A DNA stretch of 64,000 nucleotides, from the NCBI GenBank assembly GCA_965140415.1, contig OZ223209.1:4512001-4576000 (forward strand), in the 5' to 3' direction. A model generated the notes under the pieces. The model did no database searches. It had not been told where the DNA came from and saw nothing but the letters and a program-made list of their open reading frames with translations. The stretch's first letter is position 1. The number at the start of each line of letters is the position of its first letter. Origin of the DNA: Myxococcota bacterium. GTDB lineage: Bacteria > Myxococcota_A > SURF-8. Shown here in pieces: positions 9,709 to 19,775 of the stretch. The translations under genes were made by a program, and so were the position numbers.

Positions 9709-10878
9709 TTAATAGAGCCGCACGTGCCGGCACAGATCTTTAAAAGCTCCTGCCGCTTCCATGCCATATTCTCTGAAGTAGGCTTGCTTTTCCCCTCGCT
9801 CTATGGCGACACGAAGCTCGGAATTTCCAAACAGCAGGTCGATGGCCAGACGATCCGAAACGAATTCGTAGGTCTCGCGCCGCCAGTCGAAATCGGACCA
9901 GATTTCACGGGCGTGCCGCAGAATGAGGGTGTACGTAAGCCAGGGGAGGAAGGTATTCCGATCCGTAACATGCACCTGCAATCCTCGGCAGGTTTGACCG
10001 GAAAACTTGTGGAAGGTCGGTATAAAGGCCGTTTCACGAAACGCCACGCCTGGCAGCGTTTCCGCGTTCATTCGCTTCAATAACTCGGAAGCATTCAAAC
10101 CGGGCGCGCCGAACAACTCGAAAGGACGTGTCGTTCCGCGCCCCTCCGACAAGTTGGTTCCCTCCAATAAACATCCGCCGGGATATACCAGCGCCGTATC
10201 CAAGGTAGGCATGTTCGGCGACGGCAATACCCAGGGCAAACCGGTTTCATCGAAATACATGTTTCGCCGATAACCGGACATGGTCAGCACCTGCAACTCG
10301 GCCCCGATACCGAACTCATCGTTGGCCAGTGTTGCCAGTTCACCGACCGTCAACCCATGACGCACCGGAATCGGAAAATAACCGACGAAGGAACGCATGG
10401 CATCTTCAAGAACCGGACCTTCCTGTTGCAGACTCCCAATCGGATTGGGACGGTCCAACACCATTACAGCAACACCGACCTCTTTGGCGCGCTGCATGCA
10501 GAATGCCAGTGTATTGAAATACGTATAGTAACGCGAGCCGACATCCTGGATGTCCGCGACCAGCAGATCAACACCTTCGAAGTCGGAGGTCTCAGGCCAG
10601 AGCGATTCGAAAGAATCCCCATAGAGATTGACAACCGGCACCCGCTCGCGTCGTTCGCCTCTGTCCAAACCGATCTGATCCTGCTCCGTTCCGAACAGAC
10701 CGTGCTCGGGTGCGAAAATACGCACTAATTCCACATTTGGGGCTTGTTGAAACAGATTGATGATGTGCCGAAACTGTCGATCGATGCTGGGCTGATGTGC
10801 TAGAACCGCGACTCGTTTCCCTTGTAACGGCTCAAAGTCTACAGATACAAGCTTGTCCAGTCCGCTTTGAACCGACAC
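9709..10878 (-). CDS. namZ: Exo-beta-N-acetylmuramidase NamZ family (DUF1343)
   Basis: FAPEHG, DIQDVGSRYYTY, LDRPNP, PSPNMP and NLSEGRGTTRPFE motifs. Confidence 0.9.
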   Translation of the reverse strand: MSVQSGLDKLVSVDFEPLQGKRVAVLAHQPSIDRQFRHIINLFQQAPNVELVRIFAPEHGLFGTEQDQIGLDRGERRERVPVVNLYGDSFESLWPETSDFEGVDLLVADIQDVGSRYYTYFNTLAFCMQRAKEVGVAVMVLDRPNPIGSLQQEGPVLEDAMRSFVGYFPIPVRHGLTVGELATLANDEFGIGAELQVLTMSGYRRNMYFDETGLPWVLPSPNMPTLDTALVYPGGCLLEGTNLSEGRGTTRPFELFGAPGLNASELLKRMNAETLPGVAFRETAFIPTFHKFSGQTCRGLQVHVTDRNTFLPWLTYTLILRHAREIWSDFDWRRETYEFVSDRLAIDLLFGNSELRVAIERGEKQAYFREYGMEAAGAFKDLCRHVRLY

Positions 10879-10882
10879 GGCC

Positions 10883-11728
10883 TCACTCCCGGCTGTCGTC
10901 GTCTGTTGTATCGCTATATGCTTCGGAACCGGAATCTATTACTGAACGAATGGGGCGCATTCCGGCAAGAACGCGCTCTTTCTCGCTAAAGGCGCTGATA
11001 AAGCCCTGGATCACGACAGCCATTCCGGTAACAAAGAGGAACTCTGGAAATTTTCTGACCAGAATCAGAAGGAGCATAAGGAAAAATCCAACAACTTCCA
11101 GAGCCAAGCGGGCTTTGTTCTGGCTGCTCCCGATCTTGGTCATTGGAAAGTTACTCACTTCCAAACCGCCAAGCAGCAGCAGGTAGTACGGCAATCCACG
11201 CAGCATCCATTGGAACAACGCGACATCCTTATGGGCATAGCAGGTCAGAATGCAGGTTGCGATCAAACCACCGGCAATGGTGGTCGCCATACCGATCATG
11301 TACTTGGAGCCGGGGAAAGTCGTTACATTGAAACGCGCCAGCCGCATTGCAGAAGTCAGCACGAAGAAAATCAGGGAGAAGTACAAGAAGAAGCGGTCCG
11401 CATCATCGAAAAACGGAGATACCGCCGGATCGCCGGTGCAGATCATGAAAACAAGAAAAGCCGGGGCAATGCCGAAAGCGATAAAATCCGAGAAGGAATC
11501 GAACTGAACGCCGAAATCGGAGGACGCCTTTAGGGCACGGGCGGTGGAACCGTCGAGCTTATCGAGCACGACGCTGTACATGATCACCCATCCAGCCGTT
11601 ACATAATTGTGATTGTGTGCAAAAAAGATCGAAATCAATCCCATCACCAGGCTGGTGGCGGTAATCACGTTGGGCAGGACGTACTTCGACTTGTCCCGCA
11701 ATCGACCCGTTCGAGGTTCCGTGTCCAC
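10883..11728 (-). CDS. pssA: CDP-alcohol phosphatidyltransferase (phosphatidylserine synthase-like)
   Basis: LPNVIT, DKLDGSTAR...FGVQFDSFSD and RLARFN motifs, with multiple TM helices. Confidence 0.8.
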   Translation of the reverse strand: MDTEPRTGRLRDKSKYVLPNVITATSLVMGLISIFFAHNHNYVTAGWVIMYSVVLDKLDGSTARALKASSDFGVQFDSFSDFIAFGIAPAFLVFMICTGDPAVSPFFDDADRFFLYFSLIFFVLTSAMRLARFNVTTFPGSKYMIGMATTIAGGLIATCILTCYAHKDVALFQWMLRGLPYYLLLLGGLEVSNFPMTKIGSSQNKARLALEVVGFFLMLLLILVRKFPEFLFVTGMAVVIQGFISAFSEKERVLAGMRPIRSVIDSGSEAYSDTTDDDSRE

Positions 11729-11739
11729 GACGTTCTCTC

Positions 11740-12570
11740 CTACAGTTGCTCGTTGAACCAGGTGATGGCCAATTCGATCACACGCTCCCGGTCGATTTCG
11801 TTGAATATCTCGTGATACAATCCTTCCAGGATCTCAAGCTTCTTGTTCGAATCATTGATTCGATTGAAAAACTCGCGCGACGTTTGCGGATCGGCGATGC
11901 GGTCGTCTCCTCCGTGGAGCAGACACAACGGCAGCGACCACTCGGCAGCATGTTGCAGACAGTACACCTGCGCATCGCTGGCTTCTACAAACCAGCGGGC
12001 ATTCACTACCTTGGGCACCATTTCATCGGAGATGTATTCCTCTACAATCGCCGCATCATGGGTGAGCAGGTGCGGATCGATCTCCGAAGCCATCGACAGT
12101 TTCGGCAACACCTTGGAGAGCAGCCGTCCCATCGTTTCTTTCCAGACCGGCACCTTGACCTTCAATCCGAGATAAGGCGAAGAGAGCAGCACGCCCTTTA
12201 ATTCCGGGTGGCGCTTCAAGCACCAGGTCGCAGCGATAAGCCCGCCCATGCTGTGACCAACCAGGAACAACGGCCCCTTCACAAAGCGTTTTTTAACCTC
12301 GGAAAAAAACAGATCGATATCCTGCAAATATTCTTCGAAATCCATCACGGCGGCACGCTGTCCCTGAGAGCGGCCATGCCCGCGATGATCGATCAGGTAA
12401 CAGTTGAAATCCTGAGCCACCAAGGCATCCACCACGTGAGCGTATCTCTGGCTGTGCTCGCAATAGCCATGCAGGATCATCACTGCGGCCTTGGGAGACT
12501 CGACCTCATGGCTCTGCGTGTAAAGTTCAACACCACCCGCGCCTTTTAAAATTCCTTCGGAATATTGCAC
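11740..12570 (-). CDS. Alpha/beta hydrolase, lysophospholipase / monoacylglycerol lipase
   Basis: HGYCEH, DHRGHGRS, GHSMGG nucleophile elbow and YHEIFNE motifs. Confidence 0.88.
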   Translation of the reverse strand: MQYSEGILKGAGGVELYTQSHEVESPKAAVMILHGYCEHSQRYAHVVDALVAQDFNCYLIDHRGHGRSQGQRAAVMDFEEYLQDIDLFFSEVKKRFVKGPLFLVGHSMGGLIAATWCLKRHPELKGVLLSSPYLGLKVKVPVWKETMGRLLSKVLPKLSMASEIDPHLLTHDAAIVEEYISDEMVPKVVNARWFVEASDAQVYCLQHAAEWSLPLCLLHGGDDRIADPQTSREFFNRINDSNKKLEILEGLYHEIFNEIDRERVIELAITWFNEQL

Positions 12571-12596
12571 GATCGCTTCCTTTCCTGATATTTTCC

Positions 12597-13643
12597 TTAC
12601 GGCGTCACTTTTGGACGACGATATTGTTGTAACAGCTCTCTAGCCTCTTGTAACAGACGATAACCGTTTTCGCCAAGAAGTTGTTTTGCTTTATCGTATA
12701 CCCCTTTGGCTTGATGCATGTAGGCCGCCCGCTGTTCGAGCGTTAAGTCAATCATTTGAATTCCGGCCTGTTTCAATTTTTCCAACATAACCGGCTGAGT
12801 GGCGCGCACGATTTCACGACTGGATTGCATGTCGCTTTCTCGAAATTGTAAAAGCGCCTTTTTATGATCCTGTGCAAGACGATCGAAAATTTTCTTGGAG
12901 GCTAAAATCATCACCGGCTGAAACGTATGACCGGTCAGCGTGTAGTAATGGATATAATGGTAAAGCCCGGAACTATAGGTAAATAAAGGAGTATTATCGA
13001 AACCATCCACAATACCGGATTGCAGTCCGGGTGCTACTTCCACAACGTTGATCGAAACCGGGCTTGCTCCAAATTGCTTGAAGATGGCAGCATAGACTTC
13101 ACTTTGTTGACTGCGAAGGCGCAATCGTTTTAAATCCGCCGGATTTCTGATCGGCTTGTTGGCGGTAGCTAAATGCTTGAAACCATTATCTCCCCAGCCA
13201 AGCAGAACCAAGCCTTTTTCCTGTAATTTTTTGGTAACATCCTCATCCAATAGTTTTTCAATAACCAAATCGACTTCTTCATAATTATTGAATAGATAGG
13301 GCATTTCGAGCAGATTCAGTTCCGGTAAAACACTGGCAATGATGGTACTACTTACGGCAATCAGATCGACTTTCCCCATCTGACACAGGCGTAACAGCTC
13401 TTTTTCACCACCGAATTTTCCACCAAATCCGAAATCCAGTTGCAACTGCCCCTGCGTGTACTTCTTTGCATAACTATCGAAATGTCGAATGACCGTTTCC
13501 CATATCGATTTTTCCGGGGCCACCGTTCCGAATTTGAGTACAACCGTACCGGCTTGCGTTTCCGGCTGAGCCTGAATCGCCAATGCCCAGAAAGAAAGTA
13601 CACACCAGAACACAACTCCTGTAACAATCGTTCGAATGCCCAT
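12597..13643 (-). CDS. dctP: TRAP transporter substrate-binding protein DctP
   Basis: Signal peptide, GTVAPEKS.W, PADLKRLRLRS and LQSGIVDG motifs. Confidence 0.85.
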   Translation of the reverse strand: MGIRTIVTGVVFWCVLSFWALAIQAQPETQAGTVVLKFGTVAPEKSIWETVIRHFDSYAKKYTQGQLQLDFGFGGKFGGEKELLRLCQMGKVDLIAVSSTIIASVLPELNLLEMPYLFNNYEEVDLVIEKLLDEDVTKKLQEKGLVLLGWGDNGFKHLATANKPIRNPADLKRLRLRSQQSEVYAAIFKQFGASPVSINVVEVAPGLQSGIVDGFDNTPLFTYSSGLYHYIHYYTLTGHTFQPVMILASKKIFDRLAQDHKKALLQFRESDMQSSREIVRATQPVMLEKLKQAGIQMIDLTLEQRAAYMHQAKGVYDKAKQLLGENGYRLLQEARELLQQYRRPKVTP

Positions 13644-13878
13644 CGATATCCCTGAAAAACAGTTTCAATTCCCATAGTTATAGCTAATTCCAGCTGGATC
13701 GTCAATGGATCATTTCCTTAGATCGGCAAGGGAATGAATGACAGCAAATCGGTGGGTTCACGCTGTAGCGATGCGGAAAAACAACCATCGCCGAACTGGA
13801 TTAGCGGTGCTTATTGAGAAACCGAAAAGAAATGAAAAAAGGGACTTATGGAAAACTCCAAAATATGAATGGAGCAGC

Positions 13879-16356
13879 TTACACCTCCGCCGTGGCTTTG
13901 TCTTCTTTGCGTTGTTCGTTTCGCAGATTCATTAGTTGACGGTCACGGGCGACGGTTTCCGCGTGAGCATCGCGCAGAGCTTCCTTGGCAGAGGCGATTT
14001 CGCCTTCTTTTTCCCCCAGTGTCACCACGGCAATCGCCAATTTTTCCCGCAGCTCATCCAGCACACATTCCTTCTGCCGTAAGGATTCCTGCAACTCGAC
14101 GACTTTCAGATCCAGTTCTTCCCACTTCTGCCGCCATGGTTCCGCTTCCGTACCGCGCTCGTGTTCTGCGGCTAGAAGTTGTTTTAATTGTTGTACTTCT
14201 TCCTGAAGCTGCTGCCATTGCCGCTCGCTCTCATCCGGTTCTGTATGTACAGCAGCTTCGGTGGATTCCGTAACCTCGGCAAGCTCAGCGCTCTCCGGTT
14301 CCGACACAGCCTGATCCGACGATTCCTCTTTCTGCTCCTGCTCCACTCGATGCAACTCGGCTTGCAAACTCTCCAGCTGCTTTTGTTGCTCACTCAGCAA
14401 ATGCTCACGCCATTCCAACTCCGATTCCAGCTCGTCACGTTTGGCGTTGAGACGATCCAGAGCCAGATGCAGGTTGTCCATCTGCGACTGTGCACGTTCC
14501 TTTTCCCGTAACGCCTCATCGCGCTCGCCCTGAGCCAGCTCCAATTGCGACAGGGCATTCATGGCATCTTCTTCCAGCTTTATAAAACGCGCCTCATCGG
14601 AAACCGGCCCAGCCGAATCCGTGTTTGCAGCGCGCTGCAACTCCTCCAGTTCTTCCGTCGCCTTCTCACGCTGCACACGCTCCGACTCCAACTCCGCATT
14701 GACAGATTGCAGCTGTTCCCGGAGCGAATCCAACTCTTGCCCGGACTGCTCCAATTGTTGCTGCAAATCACCAATCTGCTGTTGTAAGACTTCGGTTTCC
14801 TGGTTTGAGCTCTCTGTATCTACCTCTTGCGAGGAGAGTTGCTCCAGTACTTCCATCTGCTCTCTCAACTGGGCCAGATCCTGGTTAACGCGCTCCGCCT
14901 CTTCCATCGCGCCATCTCGCTCCGTCCGCAATACCTGTACCTGCTCCAGCAGCGTATCCCGTTCGCGTTCGAATTTCTCGTATTGTTGCTGCTCCTGGCT
15001 CTGCCGGTCCTGTTGCGCCTGCGAAAGTTCCTCTATCTGTGCGCTTAGTTCCGATGCGCGCTGAATCTGCTCCTGGTTGGATTGCTGTAGCGTTTCCACC
15101 TGCTGCTCGGCTTGCTCGGCCCGCGATTGCCATTCTTGCAGGTTTTGCTGCACTTGCTGCTGCCGGGAAGCTTCCTCTCGCAGTTGCTCCAGTTCCTCAA
15201 CAAGCTGCTTGCGCTCTTCGCGCAGATTTTCCGCCTGCTCAAAGACGCTCTCTTGTTCCTCGCGCCGAATGCGTTCCCTCTCGCTCTCATCGCGCTGCTG
15301 TTGTGCAACCTGCTGTTTTAATTTCTCATTCTGTCGCTGCAACGAATTAAGCTGAACGTTCAACTCGTCGATCTGCTGTTCCTTTGTATTCTCCGCCGTC
15401 CCGAACCAGGCCTGTTCCACCCGGCTCTCTTCCTGCTCCCGAGTCAAACGCTTGATTTTTTCATCCGCTTCGGCCAACTGCCGTTGATAATCGGTTTTCT
15501 CAGCCTGCCAGGATTCGGAATCCATAGGAGTTTCGCTATTTTTCGTTTGGTCCTGCCAAACAGCTTTTTCCTTCTCCAATACCTCGATCAGTTGCTTTTG
15601 GGTACTGAGATTCGTTTCCAACTGCTCGCATTGCTCCGATTGAGCACTTAAGCACCGTCGAAGTTCGGATAGTTCCGCTTCCTGCTCGTCGGTAGAACCT
15701 TCGTCTCCATTCGGGCCGGATTGCTCCAGTTGGTGTTGTAACCGTTCGATTTCCAGGTTCAAACGTTCAGATTCCTGCTGGTAGGTGTAGCTGACGCTGC
15801 GCTTGGCTTCCACGAGCGCCTCATTTTCGCGTTGCAATTCCTCCAGTTCAGCCAACCTTTTTGCCAAGTCGGCGTTCAAGCTGCGATTGAGTGTTTCACT
15901 GGATTCCAGCATTTCCTGGAACGTGCGGCATTCCTCCATATACTGATCGCGCTCCAGTTCCACTTCCAACAACAGGTCGGTATCCTCTGTAGAAACAAGA
16001 ATCTCCTGCTCTTCTGCATCGGGCTGAACGCGCGTAAGCTGCTCGGTCAAGGCTTCGATCTGCTGTTGTTGCTCTTGTTGCAGCGCTTCCCAACTCTGAT
16101 GCTGCTCACGTAATCGCTGGACTTCTTCACTTTTTCTAAGAAGTTTATCACTCAGTTCTTGATTGCGAACTGTCAGAGTCTCCACAGTTTCGTTTGCCGG
16201 TGTGCCATCTGCGACCAGCGGATCTTGCACTTGTGCCAGCAATTCCGCATAGCGATTACGCATTTTCAACGCTGCTTCACGAATGCGCTGGATATCCTGA
16301 CGCAGACGAGTGCATTCCTTTTCCGAATTCCGCAATTTTTCGAGCATATCCGCCAT
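13879..16356 (-). CDS. Long acidic (E/Q-rich) coiled-coil protein
   Basis: 825-aa ORF with heptad Leu periodicity throughout. No signal peptide, TM helix or ATPase motif. Confidence 0.75.
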   Translation of the reverse strand: MADMLEKLRNSEKECTRLRQDIQRIREAALKMRNRYAELLAQVQDPLVADGTPANETVETLTVRNQELSDKLLRKSEEVQRLREQHQSWEALQQEQQQQIEALTEQLTRVQPDAEEQEILVSTEDTDLLLEVELERDQYMEECRTFQEMLESSETLNRSLNADLAKRLAELEELQRENEALVEAKRSVSYTYQQESERLNLEIERLQHQLEQSGPNGDEGSTDEQEAELSELRRCLSAQSEQCEQLETNLSTQKQLIEVLEKEKAVWQDQTKNSETPMDSESWQAEKTDYQRQLAEADEKIKRLTREQEESRVEQAWFGTAENTKEQQIDELNVQLNSLQRQNEKLKQQVAQQQRDESERERIRREEQESVFEQAENLREERKQLVEELEQLREEASRQQQVQQNLQEWQSRAEQAEQQVETLQQSNQEQIQRASELSAQIEELSQAQQDRQSQEQQQYEKFERERDTLLEQVQVLRTERDGAMEEAERVNQDLAQLREQMEVLEQLSSQEVDTESSNQETEVLQQQIGDLQQQLEQSGQELDSLREQLQSVNAELESERVQREKATEELEELQRAANTDSAGPVSDEARFIKLEEDAMNALSQLELAQGERDEALREKERAQSQMDNLHLALDRLNAKRDELESELEWREHLLSEQQKQLESLQAELHRVEQEQKEESSDQAVSEPESAELAEVTESTEAAVHTEPDESERQWQQLQEEVQQLKQLLAAEHERGTEAEPWRQKWEELDLKVVELQESLRQKECVLDELREKLAIAVVTLGEKEGEIASAKEALRDAHAETVARDRQLMNLRNEQRKEDKATAEV

Positions 16357-16765
16357 GATTCAATGCTCCTCTACGGGTTCATCTTCCTTGCCCCAAACAG
16401 GTTTTCCGTTCGTTTTCCACAGCCGCTATCCACGATTGGACCAGTGCCACACTTGCCACTCGATCGTAAAGCCGCCTGCCGAAAACACGTTTACTGCCGT
16501 TAATTCCAATCCCTTATAAAATCATAACCGAGCATTAATAAAAAGGCAACCGGCATCAACCGCTCTTGCCATCTTCGGTTTACAAATCTCCCCCCGCTTG
16601 TCTTCACTCATATACCAAGAGCGTCCAGCCAGAGCTTTGCTGCCATTTATTTGAAAACAAATCCTTCAAATCCATTTCGCAAACTCTGCCATAAACACAA
16701 AAACCGCCGTGGAAACAACCACGGCGGCATAATGGAACAGAATAAAAGCAACGAATCCCAAACGG

Positions 16766-18967
16766 TTAGCTGGAAGCCGTTTCAGCTTGGGTTTCCTTGT
16801 CTGTGTTGTAATAGCCGTAGCGATGGTAATAGTAGTAGTAGTGACTGCCGTACTCCTTACTGTCCAGGTCCAGATCGTTAATGATCGCTCCCAGCAGATT
16901 GGCTTTGACATCGGTCAGCGAGCGTTTGGCTTGAATGGCAACATCCCGCAAGGTCTTGCCACTCTTGACGATCATCACGACGCCATCAACCAGATTGGAC
17001 AGAATCAGCGAATCCGCCACGGCAATGACCGGGGGTGAATCGAGAATGACCATGTCGTACATGGCGGAGAGATTATCGATGATGGTCTTGAAGCGCTCCG
17101 AGCCGACCAGTTCCGCCGGATTCGGTGGAATGGGACCACAGGTCAGAATGGTCAGGTTTTCGATTTCCGTCTTTCGCACGGCTTCCGCCTCGTTCATGGT
17201 GCCCATGATGATGTTGGAAAGGCCGTATTCGTTTTTCATGTTGAAAGCCTTGTGCAAACGCGGACGACGCATATCTGTGTCCAGAATCAACACTTTGCGG
17301 CCCAGATTGGCCATGGTGATGCCGATATTGGACACAATGGTCGTCTTCCCTTCGCGCGGGGAGGCACTTGTCACCAGGATGCGGCGCAGAGGTTTTCCAG
17401 GGGAAACGAAATTGATGTTCGTTCGAATTGAACGGCAGCATTCCGCCAGGGAGGATTTTGGCCGTAAAAAGGCATAACGATCCACCACGTTGGGGATATT
17501 CTGCTCGAGCAGTTGCTGATCCACCTTCACCTGAGGCACGACGCCCAGCAGGGGCACCTTCAGGTAACGCCCGATATCCGCTGCGTTTTTAAGGGTTTTA
17601 TCCAGGATTTCCAACAGCACCGCTAAGCCGACACTGAAAATCAAGGCCAGCATGAAACCCAAGGCCAGATTCAACTTCACACGCGGACGAATGGGTTTGA
17701 TCGGCACCTTGGCTTCATCCAACATGCGGATATTGTTGACTTCCAGCATACTGGACAAATCGATTTCCTTCAATCGAACCAAGACCTGCTGGAACAATCC
17801 CTGGTTGCTTTCTTTTTCACGCAGCAGGCGATTATATTCCACCTGCTTCAACGTCAGCAGTTTGGCCTGATCCTTGACTTTGTCCAACTCGCTTTGGATG
17901 GCCAAAAAAGTCGTGCGAGACGCTTCGAATTCGGCGCGAACGCCATTGATGATCGCCCGCACTTCGGAGCGCAGGTTTTCTTTTGTGCGATCAAGCTGCG
18001 ATTTCACCTGGAGTACATCCGGATGGCGCTCTTTATAGACCTGCAGCAATTCGGAGTATTGGTTCTGCAAGCGAACGTACTCGACTTTCAGATCTTTGAT
18101 CAGCGGGCTTTGCAGCACCGTCATCGACGCGATACGCTCGACGTCCTCCTCCGGCATGATACGCTGCATGCTTTCGTATTGCGCCTTCAGTTTCACATAC
18201 TCGGTTTCAGCCCGTCGCGTTTCGGAATACAGTTCGGACAAGCGTGTTCCGGTGATATTGACACGCTCATCCATGTCAGTAGAGAGAATGTCGTTCTCTT
18301 TTTTGAATTCATACAGCGCGCGCTCGGATTCTTCCAATTTAGATTTCAGTTCGTCGACCTGTTCGGACAACCATGAAATAGCGCTACGCGCAGAACTGGT
18401 CTTGCGCTCCAGATTCTGTTCGATGTAAGCCTCGGCCACCGCGTTGGCAATGGTTGTAGCCTGCTGTGGGTCGGTGCCACGATAGCGGATCAGCGCTAAA
18501 CGGCTATCCGTTACCGGTTCGATAATAAGATTCAATAACAGCGTTTCCGCGGGATCGGCTTCTTCCAGCAATTCAGCCAGTTCCGCTTCATCCTCTATCT
18601 CATCCAAACCTAAAAACGCCAGATCCCGATCGAGATGCAACCGCTCCACAACCGCCAGTGCAACACGCCGGGAATGCAAAATCTGGTATTGGGTCTCGAA
18701 GTAGGATTTGTTATCCCAATACGACACATCACCGAGCTTGTAGACGTCGTTGACATCCGACAGCACCTGATCGGCCTGCAAATCGATTTCCACGGTCGCT
18801 ACGGCTTCATAGATCTTGGGCGATCGGATCGTAACGACGACGGAAATGAACAAAACCGAAACAAACACAAGTAAGATCAACCACTTGCGCTTTAACAAAC
18901 CCCGATAGTAATCGGTAAACGTCAGGGTTTCACTTTGCTGATGATTTTCTGTAGGTTGATAGTCCAC
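16766..18967 (-). CDS. wzc: Polysaccharide co-polymerase / BY-kinase (Wzc)
   Basis: Two TM helices around a periplasmic coiled coil, Walker A SASPREGKTT, DTDMRRP, ILDSPP and C-terminal Tyr cluster YYYYYHRYGYY. Confidence 0.95.
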   Translation of the reverse strand: MDYQPTENHQQSETLTFTDYYRGLLKRKWLILLVFVSVLFISVVVTIRSPKIYEAVATVEIDLQADQVLSDVNDVYKLGDVSYWDNKSYFETQYQILHSRRVALAVVERLHLDRDLAFLGLDEIEDEAELAELLEEADPAETLLLNLIIEPVTDSRLALIRYRGTDPQQATTIANAVAEAYIEQNLERKTSSARSAISWLSEQVDELKSKLEESERALYEFKKENDILSTDMDERVNITGTRLSELYSETRRAETEYVKLKAQYESMQRIMPEEDVERIASMTVLQSPLIKDLKVEYVRLQNQYSELLQVYKERHPDVLQVKSQLDRTKENLRSEVRAIINGVRAEFEASRTTFLAIQSELDKVKDQAKLLTLKQVEYNRLLREKESNQGLFQQVLVRLKEIDLSSMLEVNNIRMLDEAKVPIKPIRPRVKLNLALGFMLALIFSVGLAVLLEILDKTLKNAADIGRYLKVPLLGVVPQVKVDQQLLEQNIPNVVDRYAFLRPKSSLAECCRSIRTNINFVSPGKPLRRILVTSASPREGKTTIVSNIGITMANLGRKVLILDTDMRRPRLHKAFNMKNEYGLSNIIMGTMNEAEAVRKTEIENLTILTCGPIPPNPAELVGSERFKTIIDNLSAMYDMVILDSPPVIAVADSLILSNLVDGVVMIVKSGKTLRDVAIQAKRSLTDVKANLLGAIINDLDLDSKEYGSHYYYYYHRYGYYNTDKETQAETASS

Positions 18968-19022
18968 ACCGGTTTCCTAATCACGAGATATACGAAAAAA
19001 CTCCCACCGTCAGCAATCAGTG

Positions 19023-19661
19023 TCAGAAAAGCGCTTCGGGGATGAAAATGATGTCACCCGGCTGCAATGGCACGTTGGGTTGCTTGCCTTTCCAGATCAG
19101 ATCGACCTCGACATCGATTCGTTTCTCCGATCCGTCTACGATACGAGTGATACTCGCTTCGCTTTTCGCGGCAGTATTCGTATAGCCCCCCGCCATGGTG
19201 ATCGCTTGGATAATGGTCATGTTCTCTTCAAACCGAAACGTTCCCGGTTTTTGTACCTGACCGAATACAAATATCTTCTGACTATTGAATTCTTTAACAT
19301 AAACCGACACATACGCTTTTTTCAAATAATCCTTTTCCAAGCGCTGCTGGATCTCGGACTCGATCTGGCTGGGCGTTTTCCCAGAAATCTGAACGTCGCC
19401 GATCAATGGAAAAGCGATGGTGCCTTTATCGGAAACACGATAGATCGAACTCAGGTTCTCTTCGTTGAATACGCGCACCTCAAACACATCGTCCTGGCCC
19501 AAGGTCGCCGCCGTCCTGATCAGATCGCCGAGTTGGGAACTTTGATGGGCTGTTGCTTGCTGCTCGGGAGAAGTATTCCCCTTGCTATAGACACAGCCCC
19601 CAAGCAGGCTCACCAGGCAAAATAGCCATACCAGACGCAATAGTGTTTTATTAAGTTGCAT
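19023..19661 (-). CDS. wza: Short OPX polysaccharide export lipoprotein (Poly_export + SLBB)
   Basis: Lipobox LGGC, GTIAFPLIGDV (PES-like), VFGQVQKPG and LQPGDIIFIP. At 212 aa it lacks the C-terminal OM-spanning helix. Confidence 0.9.
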   Translation of the reverse strand: MQLNKTLLRLVWLFCLVSLLGGCVYSKGNTSPEQQATAHQSSQLGDLIRTAATLGQDDVFEVRVFNEENLSSIYRVSDKGTIAFPLIGDVQISGKTPSQIESEIQQRLEKDYLKKAYVSVYVKEFNSQKIFVFGQVQKPGTFRFEENMTIIQAITMAGGYTNTAAKSEASITRIVDGSEKRIDVEVDLIWKGKQPNVPLQPGDIIFIPEALF

Positions 19662-19775
19662 GGTTGTTGAATTCGGCTTTCGATTCGTATGTTACGGCAA
19701 AGCACTTCCCTCGCCGCCACCGAACCATCCCGCCGGAGCGTATTTCCACGGGCAGCGATGAAATAGGAACGTAGG

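Noticed and set aside
13879-16356. SMC or phage tape-measure protein
   Set aside because: No Walker motifs or hinge, and no phage genes nearby.
16357-16765. Larger intergenic gaps (also 34970-35260 and 61131-61590) as tRNA/ncRNA loci
   Set aside because: No cloverleaf, T-loop GTTCRA in tRNA context or recognisable riboswitch core seen by eye; a covariance search is needed to exclude them fully.
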